From Octopus sinensis (lineage: Eukaryota), in NCBI RefSeq assembly GCF_006345805.1, contig NW_021834444.1, forward strand, positions 1-48,412: a DNA stretch of 48,412 nucleotides, read 5' to 3'. The notes beneath the pieces are model-generated. The model was given only the letters and a program-made list of their open reading frames with translations. It was not told the DNA's origin and searched no databases. The position numbers were made by a program, and so were the translations under genes. Below, piece after piece: positions 11,896 to 22,928 of the stretch (the first letter of the stretch is position 1; each line of letters opens with the position of its first letter).

Positions 11896-12016
11896 AGCAA
11901 GTTCTTATTTTACTTAATGGTTAATCCAGCGCTGCTTAGAGGCTATGCAACGGGTCAAGGGCATTGAGTTTTCTTCTGAATAAAAGACAAACAACAACAG
12001 CAACAACAACAACAAC

Positions 12017-12496
12017 GGTGGAGGCGCAATGGCCCAGTGGTTAGGGCAGCGGACTCGCGGTCGTAAGAACGCGGTTTCGATTCTCAGACCGGGCATTGTG
12101 AGTATTTATTTAGCAAAAATACCTAAGCTCCACGATGTTCCGGCGGGGGCGGGGTGAACCCCGCTGTACTCTTTCACCACAACTTTCTCTCACTCTTTCT
12201 TCCTACTTCTGCCATAAAGCAGAGGAACCATGGTGTAACCCACTACGGTGTGGTAAACTTTCAGACCCTAGTCTAGGTTGCGAATCCTCTGTACCCCAGG
12301 ATGGTTCAGCTCTCCACCCGTTAAAAAGTCATCGTTTACGGAATGAGGATAACAACGTAGCTTTGGCGCCCGTACAACCGCCAGTCTATCGCGTGTGGTG
12401 GGTGGACCCTCAAGTTGCGGCACGCATTCTTAGTAGCTTAGAGTAGGCTCGAATTAGAGATTATTCTTTGTGGCTAGAGGCGTGAGTCCTGGTTGG
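12017..12496 (+). mobile_element. SINE family A with tail type ii, ending in (GAA)n
   Basis: Head and body as at 1153; tail alignable over its whole length with 24271-24750. Confidence 0.9.
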
Positions 12497-12684
12497 AAGA
12501 AGAAGAAGAGAAGAAGAAGAAGAAGAAGAAGAAGAAGAAGAAGAAGAAGAAGAAGAAGAAGAAGAAGAAGAAGAAGAAGAAGAAGAAGAGAAGAAGAAGA
12601 AGAAGAAGAAGAAGAAGAAGAAGAAGAAGAAAAAAAAGAAAAAGAAAAAGACGACGACAACAACGACAACAACAACAGTAACAA

Positions 12685-12725
<41 letters not shown>

Positions 12726-12760
12726 CGGAAACAGCTGCAGCAACAACGATCACAATAATA
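12497..12760. repeat. (GAA)n-(CAA)n-(CAG)n compound microsatellite
   Basis: Direct reading; source of the poly-R/E/K/S/L/F ORFs. Confidence 0.95.
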
Positions 12761-13589
12761 CACAGAGCACTCTACGCCTCCATATATCCGTTTCTCAATT
12801 GCGCCGCTTTTATTCTTTATCAACATGTCAGCCTTGAACCGGCTCATGCTGGTTTTTTACGACCCAGCAAAGGAGACACCATATAGTCGCTTGAACTACT
12901 AGACATTCTAAATAGGATCTCGTTCGATTTCGACGATGAGTATTCGGTCGTTCGAGTAACTGAACTGGCTACTCAGTAAATTAGCGAATTAGTGGCTGAG
13001 TATTCCAGAGAGATGTAAAATATTTCTTAGAATCTTTGCGCTCTGAGTTCTGATCTCACTGATGTTACCTTTGACTTCCATCCTTTCGGAGTCGACAAAA
13101 GTGTTTCAATAAGAAGTGTTGGATGCCGTCGCCCGGTTTAACATCACGATCTGGCATCTTGGATGCCTTTAGAGGAGTCCACTCAGTTGCAAGCTTTCAA
13201 ACCAGGTTTCTGGCTTGCGGCTATCTTTCGCCCACATTTTTGCACCCCCTGAATAGGAGGGATATGTCTGGAGAGAGGGGTATCACCGTCACCTCCACTG
13301 GGAAAATGAATCTGCTCTTTAGGTCAATTTGTGCAATCTGTTCTGAGACTCGATGCAACATAGAAAACACGCATCCTTAGTGTTGCTTCCCCTTAGGAGT
13401 CTTGTCCCCCCCCCTCACAAAACTGACACCCTTGGGTGGTGATTCTTCAGTTCTTCAATGATCCTTTAATGATTGAAAAATCGTGAAATCTCATCATATT
13501 TCAAGAGAAACTCTATGGATATCTCGGGCACTGTAGTTAAGACTTCGCTTCCAATTTATACGTCTTCTAATTTATATATATGCGTACAC

Positions 13590-13770
13590 TTGACGCAGTT
13601 CTCAAGGTGACTTAGCGTGACACAGAGTGAGACAAGGATGGTCCTTTGAAACACAGGTACTATTCATTTTTGCCAGCTGAGTGCACTGGAGCCACAGGAA
13701 ATAAAGTGTCTTGCTCAAGGGCACAATGCGCCATGCGGAATCAAACTCGCGACCTTACGTTCGTGACCCG

Positions 13771-13775
<5 letters not shown>
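13590..13775 (-). mobile_element. SINE family D core with tail type iii, partial
   Basis: Minus strand cccttgagcaagacactttatttcctgtggctccagtgcactcagctg (as in 40295 copy) followed by ccttgtctcactctgtgtcacgct (as in 34916 copy tail). Confidence 0.75.
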
Positions 13776-13817
<42 letters not shown>

Positions 13818-13847
13818 ACACACACATACACACACACATATATATAT

Positions 13848-13990
13848 ACTGGTACTCCGTCGCTTGCGACGACGAGGGTTCTGGTTGATCGGATCAACGG
13901 AACATCCTGCTTGTGAAATTAACTTGCAAGTGGCTTGTAAGTGACTCCACAGACACTTGTATCCTTAACGTAGTTCTCAGGGACATATTG
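13848..13990 (-). mobile_element. SINE/LINE tail type iii, distal part
   Basis: Reverse complement aligns with 35165-35300. Confidence 0.8.
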
Positions 13991-14015
13991 TACCCTGACT
14001 TTTTATTATATATAT

Positions 14016-14348
14016 GACTCTTTTACTCTTATTTGTTTCAGTCATTTGACTGTGGCCAAGCTGGAGCACCGCCTTTAATCGAGCAAATCGACCCCATGAC
14101 TTATTCTTTGTAAGCCTAGTACTAATTCTATCGGTCTCTTTTGGGTGGACAAACACAGACACACAAACACACACATATATATATATACATACATACGGGC
14201 TTCTTTTCAGTTTCCGTCTACCAAATCCACTCACAAGGCTTTAGTCATCCCGAGCCTATAGTAGAAGACACTTGCCCAAGTTATCACTCAGTGGGACTGA
14301 ATCCGGAACCATGTGGTTGGTAAGCAAGCTACTTGCCACACAGCCACA
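14016..14348 (-). mobile_element. SINE family B with internal deletion
   Basis: B head and tail present; the segment between ctcttt and ggacaaacac is missing. Confidence 0.85.
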
Positions 14349-14359
14349 ACTTTACTTAA

Positions 14360-14655
14360 AATACATTTAAGCCCCATAGCCCTTCGATGTTTAAAACTAG
14401 TTTTATAGAAAAAGCTTTCAAAATTCCTATTTTGTTTTTCACGCATTAACTTGCATAGGTTGAACTATGTAAAATGCTAGAGAAAGAAACCTATTTCTTG
14501 TAATACGTATCAATATATACACCTAAAGCAAGTTTTTTTTTCGGGGAACCTCAAAATACTATTGTAGATTCCCCTCTTTACTATTTGTTGCGTGTACCCC
14601 AAAAATCTTATACGGAGTCTCAGAGGGCCATATGAATCCCAGTTGAGAAACACTG
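14360..14655 (+). mobile_element. Partial hAT-type MITE, same family as 16158-16506
   Basis: Aligns with 16210-16506 and ends gttgagaaacactg. Confidence 0.7.
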
Positions 14656-14757
14656 ATGTAACGCATCCTCAGATGTGGCCACGTGTTATTTTGTTGCTCC
14701 GTCTACTTATTCGTAATGAAATTTAGAAACAGAATTTTATAAAAAAAATTCAAATTT

Positions 14758-15132
14758 CATATAAGCAGTTCATTCTCGACTTTAAACAGTTATGACAATT
14801 CAAAAAATATGAAATAAAATAATGTCTGTTTTTAAACACTAAATAGTATTATATAGTCTTATTTCTTTATTGCTGACATAGAGGGGACAAACAAGGACAG
14901 AGAAAGGTATTAAGTCGATTACATCGACCCCTGTGCGTAACTGGTACTTCATATAAGCAGTTCATTCTCGACTTTAAACAGTTATGACAATTCCAAAAAT
15001 ATGAAATAAAATAATGTTTGTTTTTAAACACTAAATAGTCTTATATAGTCTTATTTCTTTATTGCTCACACAGAGGGGACAAACAAGGACAGAGAAAGGT
15101 ATTAAGTCGTAAACGGTGCGTAACTGGTACTT
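14758..15132. repeat. Tandem duplication of about 190 bp (flank plus SINE C tail)
   Basis: 14758-14949 is repeated at 14950-15132. Confidence 0.9.
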
Positions 15133-15264
15133 AATTTATCGACCCCGAAAGGATGAAAGGCAAAGTCGACCTCGGCGGAATTTGAACTCAGAACGTAGCG
15201 ACGGGCTGAATATCGCTCAGCATTTAGCACGGCGTGCTAACGTTTCTGCCAGCTCACCGCCTTT
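15051..15264 (-). mobile_element. SINE family C, full length with TSD
   Basis: 16-bp TSD atagtcttatatagtc at 15035-15050 and 15265-15280. Confidence 0.9.
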
Positions 15265-16046
15265 ATAGTCTTATATAGTCGTGATATTAGAATTACACTA
15301 TTTATCTTATGTTAGAGCGTATCTTTGTGGTTAGGCTATTCAGTTCACGATCTTTAAGGTTATAAGTTCGATTAGTTACAAAGCAGGGCGTTGTGCTTTT
15401 TCTTTCTGTCTGTCTGTCTCTATCTCTGTCTTTAGCTTCTACACGATAAACATTGTCGTGAGTCAGAGGTGAGAAGGCCGAGAGGCCGCCCACCCCCTCT
15501 CTCGACCATATAAACACCTTAAACATTCAGTGAAATCTTAGTGCATATTGCCAATCCCTAATAATAGCTCGTGAGTGACGATTTGCAATATTGCACTTTC
15601 TGTATATATTTGATTTTATTATATGCACTCTAAATGCTGTAGGTTTTCTAGTTCTGAATACAAAACAACACTTATTACTCGCTTAAAATTTTCACGCCTC
15701 ACTTGGCATTAAGTTGTAAATAAAATATAAAATATAGTTTCTATTTCGTTTGTCCTTGAGGCAATGAGTTTACGTAAAAATAGGAAAAAATAAATTCTTA
15801 TAAGCCTTCAAACGAAAATCCATAAATTGAATTATATACAAAACCTTGTTTACGCGACAAACTGAATCATAATTATAAACGCAAAACATTACTAACACAA
15901 AGTAAGATTAGCAGTAACTTTCCAGCGGGTGTTTCTTGGTTGCTTGTACCATGCTCTCACTAACTGTTTCAGATGACCGTGTAGTCGCGAACAGATCGAT
16001 ACTCTGTTGGCTCTCTCACCTTTGACCAAGCCGAGACCCTGAGACA

Positions 16047-17327
16047 CAGGGTGTTTGGGCTAAATTTGACGGTTTACATAAATGGAAAATAAAAATTCAA
16101 CATCCCATCCCAAAATAAAAGTATAAAAAAAAAATCAAAAATTATTATCAACTAGATCAGGGGTTCTCAGCCATTTTCTTAATTTATGGATCCCTCTGAT
16201 TACTATTTTATTCTAGCAGGGCCCCATAACCATTCGATGTTTTAAAAGTAGTTTTATAGGAAGTTCTTTCAAAATTCCCATTCTGCTTTTCACACATTAG
16301 TTTGTGTAGGTTGAACTATGTAAAATTCAAGAAAGATACCAAGCTCTTTCTTGCAATACATACCAATACATACATCTAAAGCAAAATTTTTTAGGGGCTC
16401 TTAAAATACTGTTCAGGATTCCTAATTTACTATTTTGTTATATGAACCCTCCCCCTAATCTTATATGGGTCTTAGGGGCCATTTGGACCCAGGTTGAGAA
16501 CCACTGGCTGGGAATTAGCAGTTTTCTCAATAGAGTCGTTCTCAGCTTACCCCACGGCCCCAAGACGGCTCCAGAGCTTAGCACATGAGTTCCTCATTGT
16601 GTCTTTGATGTCTTTATCAACCGCACCCCACCCATGGTAATCCGTGGGATTACAATCGGGGTAATTAGGAGACCAGAAATCGGGGCTGGTGGAGTTGTAA
16701 AAATTCCTCGGCAACTACTTCTGGTTCGTTCCAGAGGTATAGAAAGGATCTGAAATCCTGCCGCCATACATACGGCCTTCCAGTAGCAACGCTCACAACC
16801 AGGGAGTGACCACAGCCTTCATCAGCTTCACAGAGCCGTTTGAATTGAGACTAAGGCCCTGTTTAAAGACGTGGGGATGAACTCCAGCATGTCGATGGAG
16901 TCGAATTGCCTGCTGTGTCCCTTCCTGCTGGCCACGGCTTCGAAGTGTTCGTTACAACTGTCCATGTCACGTCTTGTGGCCTTTACAGTGTTCACAAAGC
17001 ATCGAGTAGCAGTCACTCTTTTCAGGTGGTTCCAGTGCTCCATGTCAGCTAACTCTTTATGCTCTCCAACGCCATCGAATTTTCAACAATATATGAAGCT
17101 ATTTCCAAAAAAAGGAGACATAAAAAAATCGTCAAATTTTCATACTCGGTGCCAATCATCAGGATACAGGTACAACTCTTTTCGGGTAGCTTCCAGTCCT
17201 CCATATCAGCTGACTTTTTATGCTCTCCCCTTTACTCTTCAATGCTGTCGAATGTTCAGCAATATATCAAGCTGTTTCTGAAAAAAAAAGAGACATAAAA
17301 ATCGTCAAATTTAACCCGAACACCCTA
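16047..17327 (-). mobile_element. Decayed mariner (maT/DD37D-like) element with both TIRs
   Basis: TIRs cagggtgtttgggctaaatttgacggttt (16047) and its inverse ending 17327 (4 mismatches in 29). Minus strand about 16850-16520 reads TGRPYVWRQD...FWSPNYPDCNPTDYHGWGAV, homologous to the 46291 ORF. Confidence 0.8.
16158..16506 (+). mobile_element. hAT-type MITE nested in the mariner
   Basis: TIRs caggggttctca / tgagaaccactg; no 8-bp TSD preserved. Confidence 0.7.
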
Positions 17328-17384
17328 TATGGAAGAAGTTTCTTATATGGAAGCTGGAAGAAGAAAGAACTATATCTATACTAA

Positions 17385-17531
17385 GGTGATACTCATTTTC
17401 AGCTGAGTCAATTAAGAGCAACGTGAATTTGTATGCCTTGTTAAATGATGCATTGTTCTTCCCGGTCCAGGAATCGAAACCACAACCTTATGGTTGTGAT
17501 CCCAAAACCCCAACCACTAAGCCACGCACCT
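17385..17531 (-). mobile_element. Diverged tRNA-derived SINE (D-like)
   Basis: Minus strand gtggcttagtggtt...ggtttcgattcc (A and B boxes) followed by a ttgactcagctgaaaatgagta core. Confidence 0.6.
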
Positions 17532-18054
17532 TCACAAAGTAACCGAGAAGATTAGAATACAATTAACTGGGCCTCTTAGAGAAGTAACTCTCACGTAGCT
17601 TGCGTTATTATAAACGTTTTCTTTTTATTTCCTACCCCCACTGGGGAAGCCGCCTACCCTTTTTTTCAGGATTCCTGGCGGAGGGTCATTCATTTACCTT
17701 CGACTAGCACGTAAAAGGTTGTTGTTAATGTCATTTTTGTTGTTGTTGTTGTTGTTGTTGTATAACCCCATCTCACCTAAACCGGCCTTGGTTGAGCGCA
17801 TCTTGTTGAGCGAATCCATTCTTATCATAGCCACACCATTAGACCCTATAGAAGGAACCGTGAGTTTCAGCCAATACATCAGTCTGAGGCTTGGAGAGCT
17901 AAGGAGAGACCCTTAAAAAGAGAATCTCTTCACAACCCTCTTGAAATTTTTAGAGGAACCCCTATTTCAGGCGCCAAAACCAACCTGGTTTTGTCTTGTC
18001 AAGTTTCTTTCGGAAGTCCTTCATATCGTTTATGTTTCGGGTATAGTGTATCAA

Positions 18055-18965
18055 GGACTACATTATCTTAAATGCCCAATTTTTAAATGATAAAATGTTA
18101 TCTGAGGAAGATTTGGCAGCTTTTTCTTATTTCTTAATTGCCCACAAGTGGCTAAACATAGAGGAGGCAAACAAGGACAGACAAAGGGATTAAATCGATT
18201 TTATCGACCCCAGTGCGTAACTGGTACTTAATTTATCGACCCCGAAAGGATGAAAGGCAAAGTCGACATTGGCGGAATTTGAACTCAGAACGTAAAGACA
18301 GATGAAATACCTGTTTCTTTATTACACACAAGTGGCTAAACATAGAGGGGACAAACAAGGACAGACAAACGAATTTAGTCGATTACATCGACCCTAGTGC
18401 GTAACTGGTACTTAATTTATCGACCCCGAACCGATGAAAAGCAAAGTCGACCTCGGCAGAATTTGAACTCAGAACGTAACTGCAGACGAAATACGGGTAC
18501 GCATTTCGCGCGGCGTGCTAACGATTCTGCCAGCTCGCCGCCTTTGGCAGCTATTTCTAGTTGATCAAACAATTACATACAGTCCTCCTACCTTTAACAG
18601 TTGGAAACCTACATGTCATCTAATTTTTGAGAACAGCTTTAAATGACAAAATTTGAAGAAGATTTGTTTGCTATTTCTAGCTAACCGAAAAACTACTTTT
18701 AGTCTTAAAAAGTCCTTCATTCCATTTCTGGCATATCAAGAATTACATCATATTATGTACCTCTACGTTTTTATTTAAATGATGAAATGTGATTTTAGAA
18801 ACATTACGCCGCTATTTCTAGCTAACCGAAAAGCCATCACTCTTAGTCGTTAGAAGCCCTGCATGCCATCTATGATATATCAAAGACTACATCATATTGT
18901 GTATCTTTGCGTTTCTATTAAAATGATAAAATCTGATTTGAGGAAGATTTGGTTACAATTTCTTG
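18055..18965. repeat. Degenerate minisatellite, about four units of roughly 130-140 bp, interrupted by a SINE dimer
   Basis: Recurrent ctacat..at...ttaaatga.aaa.t....ga.gaagattt...gctatttctag blocks. Confidence 0.65.
18128..18542 (-). mobile_element. SINE family C tandem dimer
   Basis: Full unit 18542-18310 plus truncated unit 18309-18128; one TSD pair tttggcagct(t/a)tttct at 18112-18127 and 18543-18558. Confidence 0.9.
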
Positions 18966-19253
18966 AAGACCAGACGACCACGTATAGACTTGGTGCTCCC
19001 GTGCCTGCCGCTGGTTTCAAGTATTGTGTAGGTTTTTTCCCTATTGTGTAAATCAAACCGTTACTTATCTCTCAACATCCGAGTTGATTAATTATCTTTT
19101 ACGAACAGCTATCGTATATCACCGGAAATAGTCTGTTAGCTAGCGGTGTTTGACCGCCAGATATTGTGTTAGAAGAACAAAAGGGGGGATAACGTGTTTA
19201 ACGGGGAGAGTGCTTGTGTGTATGTTTATGTATGTGTATATGTATATGTATGC

Positions 19254-19342
<89 letters not shown>

Positions 19343-19507
19343 TGTGTGTATGTGTGTGTGTGTGTGTGTGTGTACACATCCGCCTGATAAGCTGGGTTGC
19401 TGTGACGAGCCTACGAATCTTTAAACTGCATGGGGCCCGAATCAAATTGTTTTAAATTGAAATATAACTCTTACTAAATGTGGTGTTGGGTGCTTCTTTC
19501 GTTCGTT

Positions 19508-19543
19508 TGTAGCCCGCGTTCATAACCACTACTTCATATGCCC
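19508..19543 (-). other. tRNA-like 5' half immediately 3' of the PLE ORF
   Basis: Minus strand gggcatatgaagtagtggttatgaacgcgggctaca, with a degenerate A-box and D-arm layout. Confidence 0.5.
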
Positions 19544-19544
19544 G

Positions 19545-20917
19545 TGGGTAATTATGGAGTGAATTTTAGGGCTTATAAATTTAATATTTTCCCATCCTTC
19601 CTCAATACCGGTTCCCATATGCTGTTCATATCTGCACTCGGTCTGCTTAGGAGGTTGTTGTATCCTAGCATATGTGCTGCTTCTTTTAGCTTTCGTATTT
19701 TCCAGTGGTGTTCTCTCTCTATTATTTTAACTTCATCCCACAGGGGGAGATGGTCTCCATTTTCCCACACATGATCAGCTATACTCGATTTATCAATATC
19801 TCCCGTGTCACAGCTTTGCGATGTTCCTCTACTCTTATTTTAAGGGGGCGGCAAACTTTCGCCTTTGTATAACCTATCACAGCTGCATGGGATGGAGTAC
19901 ACGCAGTTCTTGGCCATATTTTCTTCTATTGGTCGTTTTACTCGAAGGAGATATTTGCGAAGTGTTGTATTACTTTTGAATACTGTCCTTATATCATATG
20001 GATCGCATATCTTTTGTATCTTTTCGGAGAAGCCTTTGACATAGGGTAGACAGACTGTGGACAGTTTATTGATTTCGTCCTCTCTTTTCTTCATAATTGG
20101 AGTGGATAGTATGTTTTTGGGGGTAGTTGTTGCTTAATAGATTGTTATTAAGCTTGATAATTTCTTCGTGGTATCACAATCGCTACTTATATTCTTTGCT
20201 CGATGTTTTAGGCACTGAACAATCCCTCTCTTTACACTGTATGGATGGTGGGAATAGAAGTTGAGGTATCGTCCAGTGAAAGTCGGCTTGCGGTATACGG
20301 ATGTCCTGAATCCATACTTGGTGCATGTTATTAATATGTCCAGGAATGCTAGCTGATTGTTTTTCCCTTTTCCATTGTGAACTGTACGGATGGCTTTATT
20401 GAGTTCACATGATCTAACAGCACTTGGACATCTTCCTGGTCGGACCAGAGCATAAAGGTGTCATCAACATATCGCAGCTATAGGGTTGTTTTAGTAGTGT
20501 TGATCCTAAAGCCAAATTCTCAAAGTATTCCACGTATATATTGGCTATTATTGGTGATAATGGCAAACCCATAGCTAAACCCTTTTCTTGTCGATATATA
20601 TATCTGTGTCCATACTGAAGTAGTTAATTTCTACACAGAATGTCAACACTTTCATCAAGTTTCTTATTGGTGTACTAGTGCGTTCTTTTAGATGGGTGTC
20701 TGTCACTAGTTTTTCTTGTATCACCGATAGTGCTTCACCGGTTGGGACTTTGGTGAACAGACTTATCACATCTAGACTCACCATCTGGTTGGATTCTATG
20801 GGAGTATCCTTGATCAATTCTATGAAGTGGGTGGAATTCTTCACGTACGATGTTGACTTTCCTGCTAATGAACTGACTATATCCACAAGGAAGCGGTTCA
20901 GTGGTTGACATGCTGAG
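19545..20917 (-). mobile_element. Penelope-like element (RT plus GIY-YIG), 5'-truncated and frameshifted
   Basis: NRFLVDIVSSLAGKSTSYVKNSTHFIELIK...MVSLDVISLFTKVP, MGLPLSPIIANIYVEYFE, YVDDTF, VCLPYVKGFSEKI...NCVYSIPCSCDRLYKGE, HLPLWDEVKIIEREHHWKIRKLKEAAHM. Confidence 0.9.
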
Positions 20918-20947
20918 CAAGATTCCGAGTTCGATTCTAGGCAGTGA

Positions 20948-20951
<4 letters not shown>
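20918..20951 (+). other. tRNA-like 3' half (T-arm and B-box) followed by a (TAA)n tail
   Basis: caagattCCGAG-TTCGATT-CTAGGcagtgacctg then (AAT)n; B-box GTTCGATTC. Confidence 0.55.
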
Positions 20952-21030
<79 letters not shown>

Positions 21031-21031
21031 C

Positions 21032-21105
<74 letters not shown>

Positions 21106-21108
21106 GAA

Positions 21109-21139
<31 letters not shown>

Positions 21140-21150
21140 AAGAAGAAGGC
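20952..21150. repeat. (TAA)n-(GAA)n microsatellite
   Basis: Direct reading. Confidence 0.95.
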
Positions 21151-21654
21151 GAAGAATGAAAGGTTGCGCAAATCTTGACTAAAATCTTTAAAGATGATGC
21201 CCAGAATGGCCGAATTCAATTGACTAAAACAAGTAAAAGAGTAAAAAAAATGTATGACACATCGACCAATCACAATAAATGGAAAACGCTTTCATATGTG
21301 AGTATATACGGTCTGCAAATTTACAGAATCGATTGGAGGATTTTGGGGTGACAAGGCCCACATAATGATTTCAGGGAGATTTAGCTGCTATTTCTAGCCA
21401 CGGAGTGATCACCTCTATTCTTCGGCCTCGGAGCCGATTGGTGGGAAATCGTGACAGGACAATCCTTCCAAACAAAACAATTTATACGCTTTCCTCTTCA
21501 CACGTGCATATAAACAGTTTGTGTGACATCATAGAGTGTAATTAGTACAGCGATATTAATTAATTGGAGGGGAAGAAGACATAACTTTGCAGCAATAAAA
21601 ACTAAAAATAGAATAACAGAGAACTAAATGGAAATGCACACAGACACACAGATA

Positions 21655-21706
<52 letters not shown>

Positions 21707-21810
21707 CACACACACATATAATGAATACAGAAGTCAATATGCTAGTGATATAACTTAATGGCTCGATCAAAGATTTATTTTCAAAAAAAAAAAAATAAAT
21801 AATAATAATA

Positions 21811-21999
21811 ATTGAAATAGAATGGCCGGTAGAGCTCCTACAGAAAGTTTGTCTCATAGGGACAACAAGGATTATCAAGAAGGTTCTAAGCACTTGAAAG
21901 ACTGCTGAAAACTTGCGGAAACCCAAGATTACAGGTACTAACCTACCTGCTACCTATATGATCCATATCAGGTATAAGACCGAACCTGGGCCAAACCAA

Positions 22000-22000
<1 letters not shown>
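21811..22000 (+). mobile_element. R4/Dong-type LINE extreme 3' end (UTR family I)
   Basis: IEIEWPVELLQKVCLIGTTRIIKKVLST* plus 3' UTR; (TAA)n on both sides. Confidence 0.8.
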
Positions 22001-22030
<30 letters not shown>

Positions 22031-22037
22031 TAATAAA

Positions 22038-22096
<59 letters not shown>

Positions 22097-22097
<1 letters not shown>

Positions 22098-22305
22098 CTT
22101 TTCTACTAAAGGCACAAGGCCTGAAATTTGGGGGGAGGGGACTAGTCGTGTACATCGATCCCCAGTGTTTCACTGGTACTCATTTTATCGACCCCGAAAG
22201 GATGAAAGGTACAGTCAACTTCAGTGAAATTTGAACTTAGAAGATAAAAACAGGCGGAATGCCGCTAAGCAGGGTGTGCTAACGATTCTGCCATCTCACC
22301 GCCTT
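22097..22305 (-). mobile_element. SINE family C (aggcacaagg-tail variant) inserted in (TAA)n
   Basis: C core ttttatcgaccccgaaaggatgaaagg. Confidence 0.85.
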
Positions 22306-22344
22306 AATAGTCGTAACGATAATAATAATAATATTATAATAATA

Positions 22345-22627
22345 ACTGATCCTAAAGTCGAAATTGAATGGACGGAATAAGATCGAAGCTATCAACACCT
22401 GGGCGGTTTAACTCTTTAGATATGGAGCAGGGGTACTCGCATGTACAGTAGACGAACTAAACATCTTAGACAGAAGGACAAGGAAGTTGCTAACTAGATA
22501 TGGGTCATTCTGGAACCGCTCGAATACTCCGGAAGGTTCTCGAAAAATAAGAGGTGTTACCTTAGTTCACTGGTAGTGAACAGCTAACACTGTAATACAT
22601 CTCCAGCGTTAGAAGGTGAGTAAAGGC
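22345..22627 (+). mobile_element. Internally deleted R4/Dong-type copy (UTR family II)
   Basis: LILKSKLNGRNKIEAINTWAV*LFRYGAG...ELNILDRRTRKLLTRYG joined directly to GTARILRKVLEK* and a 3' UTR; starts and ends in (TAA)n. Confidence 0.8.
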
Positions 22628-22704
<77 letters not shown>

Positions 22705-22706
22705 TT

Positions 22707-22755
<49 letters not shown>

Positions 22756-22840
22756 TGATGATGATGATGATAATAATATTAATAATAATGATAATGATAA
22801 TAATAATAATAAAATAATAATAATATTAATAATAATAATA

Positions 22841-22904
<64 letters not shown>

Positions 22905-22928
22905 AAGAAGAAGAAGAAGAAGAAGAAG
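22628..22928. repeat. (TAA)/(TGA)/(GAA) compound microsatellite
   Basis: Direct reading. Confidence 0.95.

Noticed and set aside
17790-17900. Minus-strand FYRV*WCGYD resembling a chromodomain motif
   Set aside because: Too short, contains a stop and lacks the rest of the domain.
18055-18965. Regularly spaced repeats as a CRISPR-like array
   Set aside because: Units are long and degenerate, with no conserved short repeat plus unique spacer pattern, no cas genes, and a eukaryotic context.
20575-21273. Longest ORF in the track (232 aa)
   Set aside because: Chimera of flank, (TTC)/(TTA) repeats and the PLE RT fragment; not a gene.
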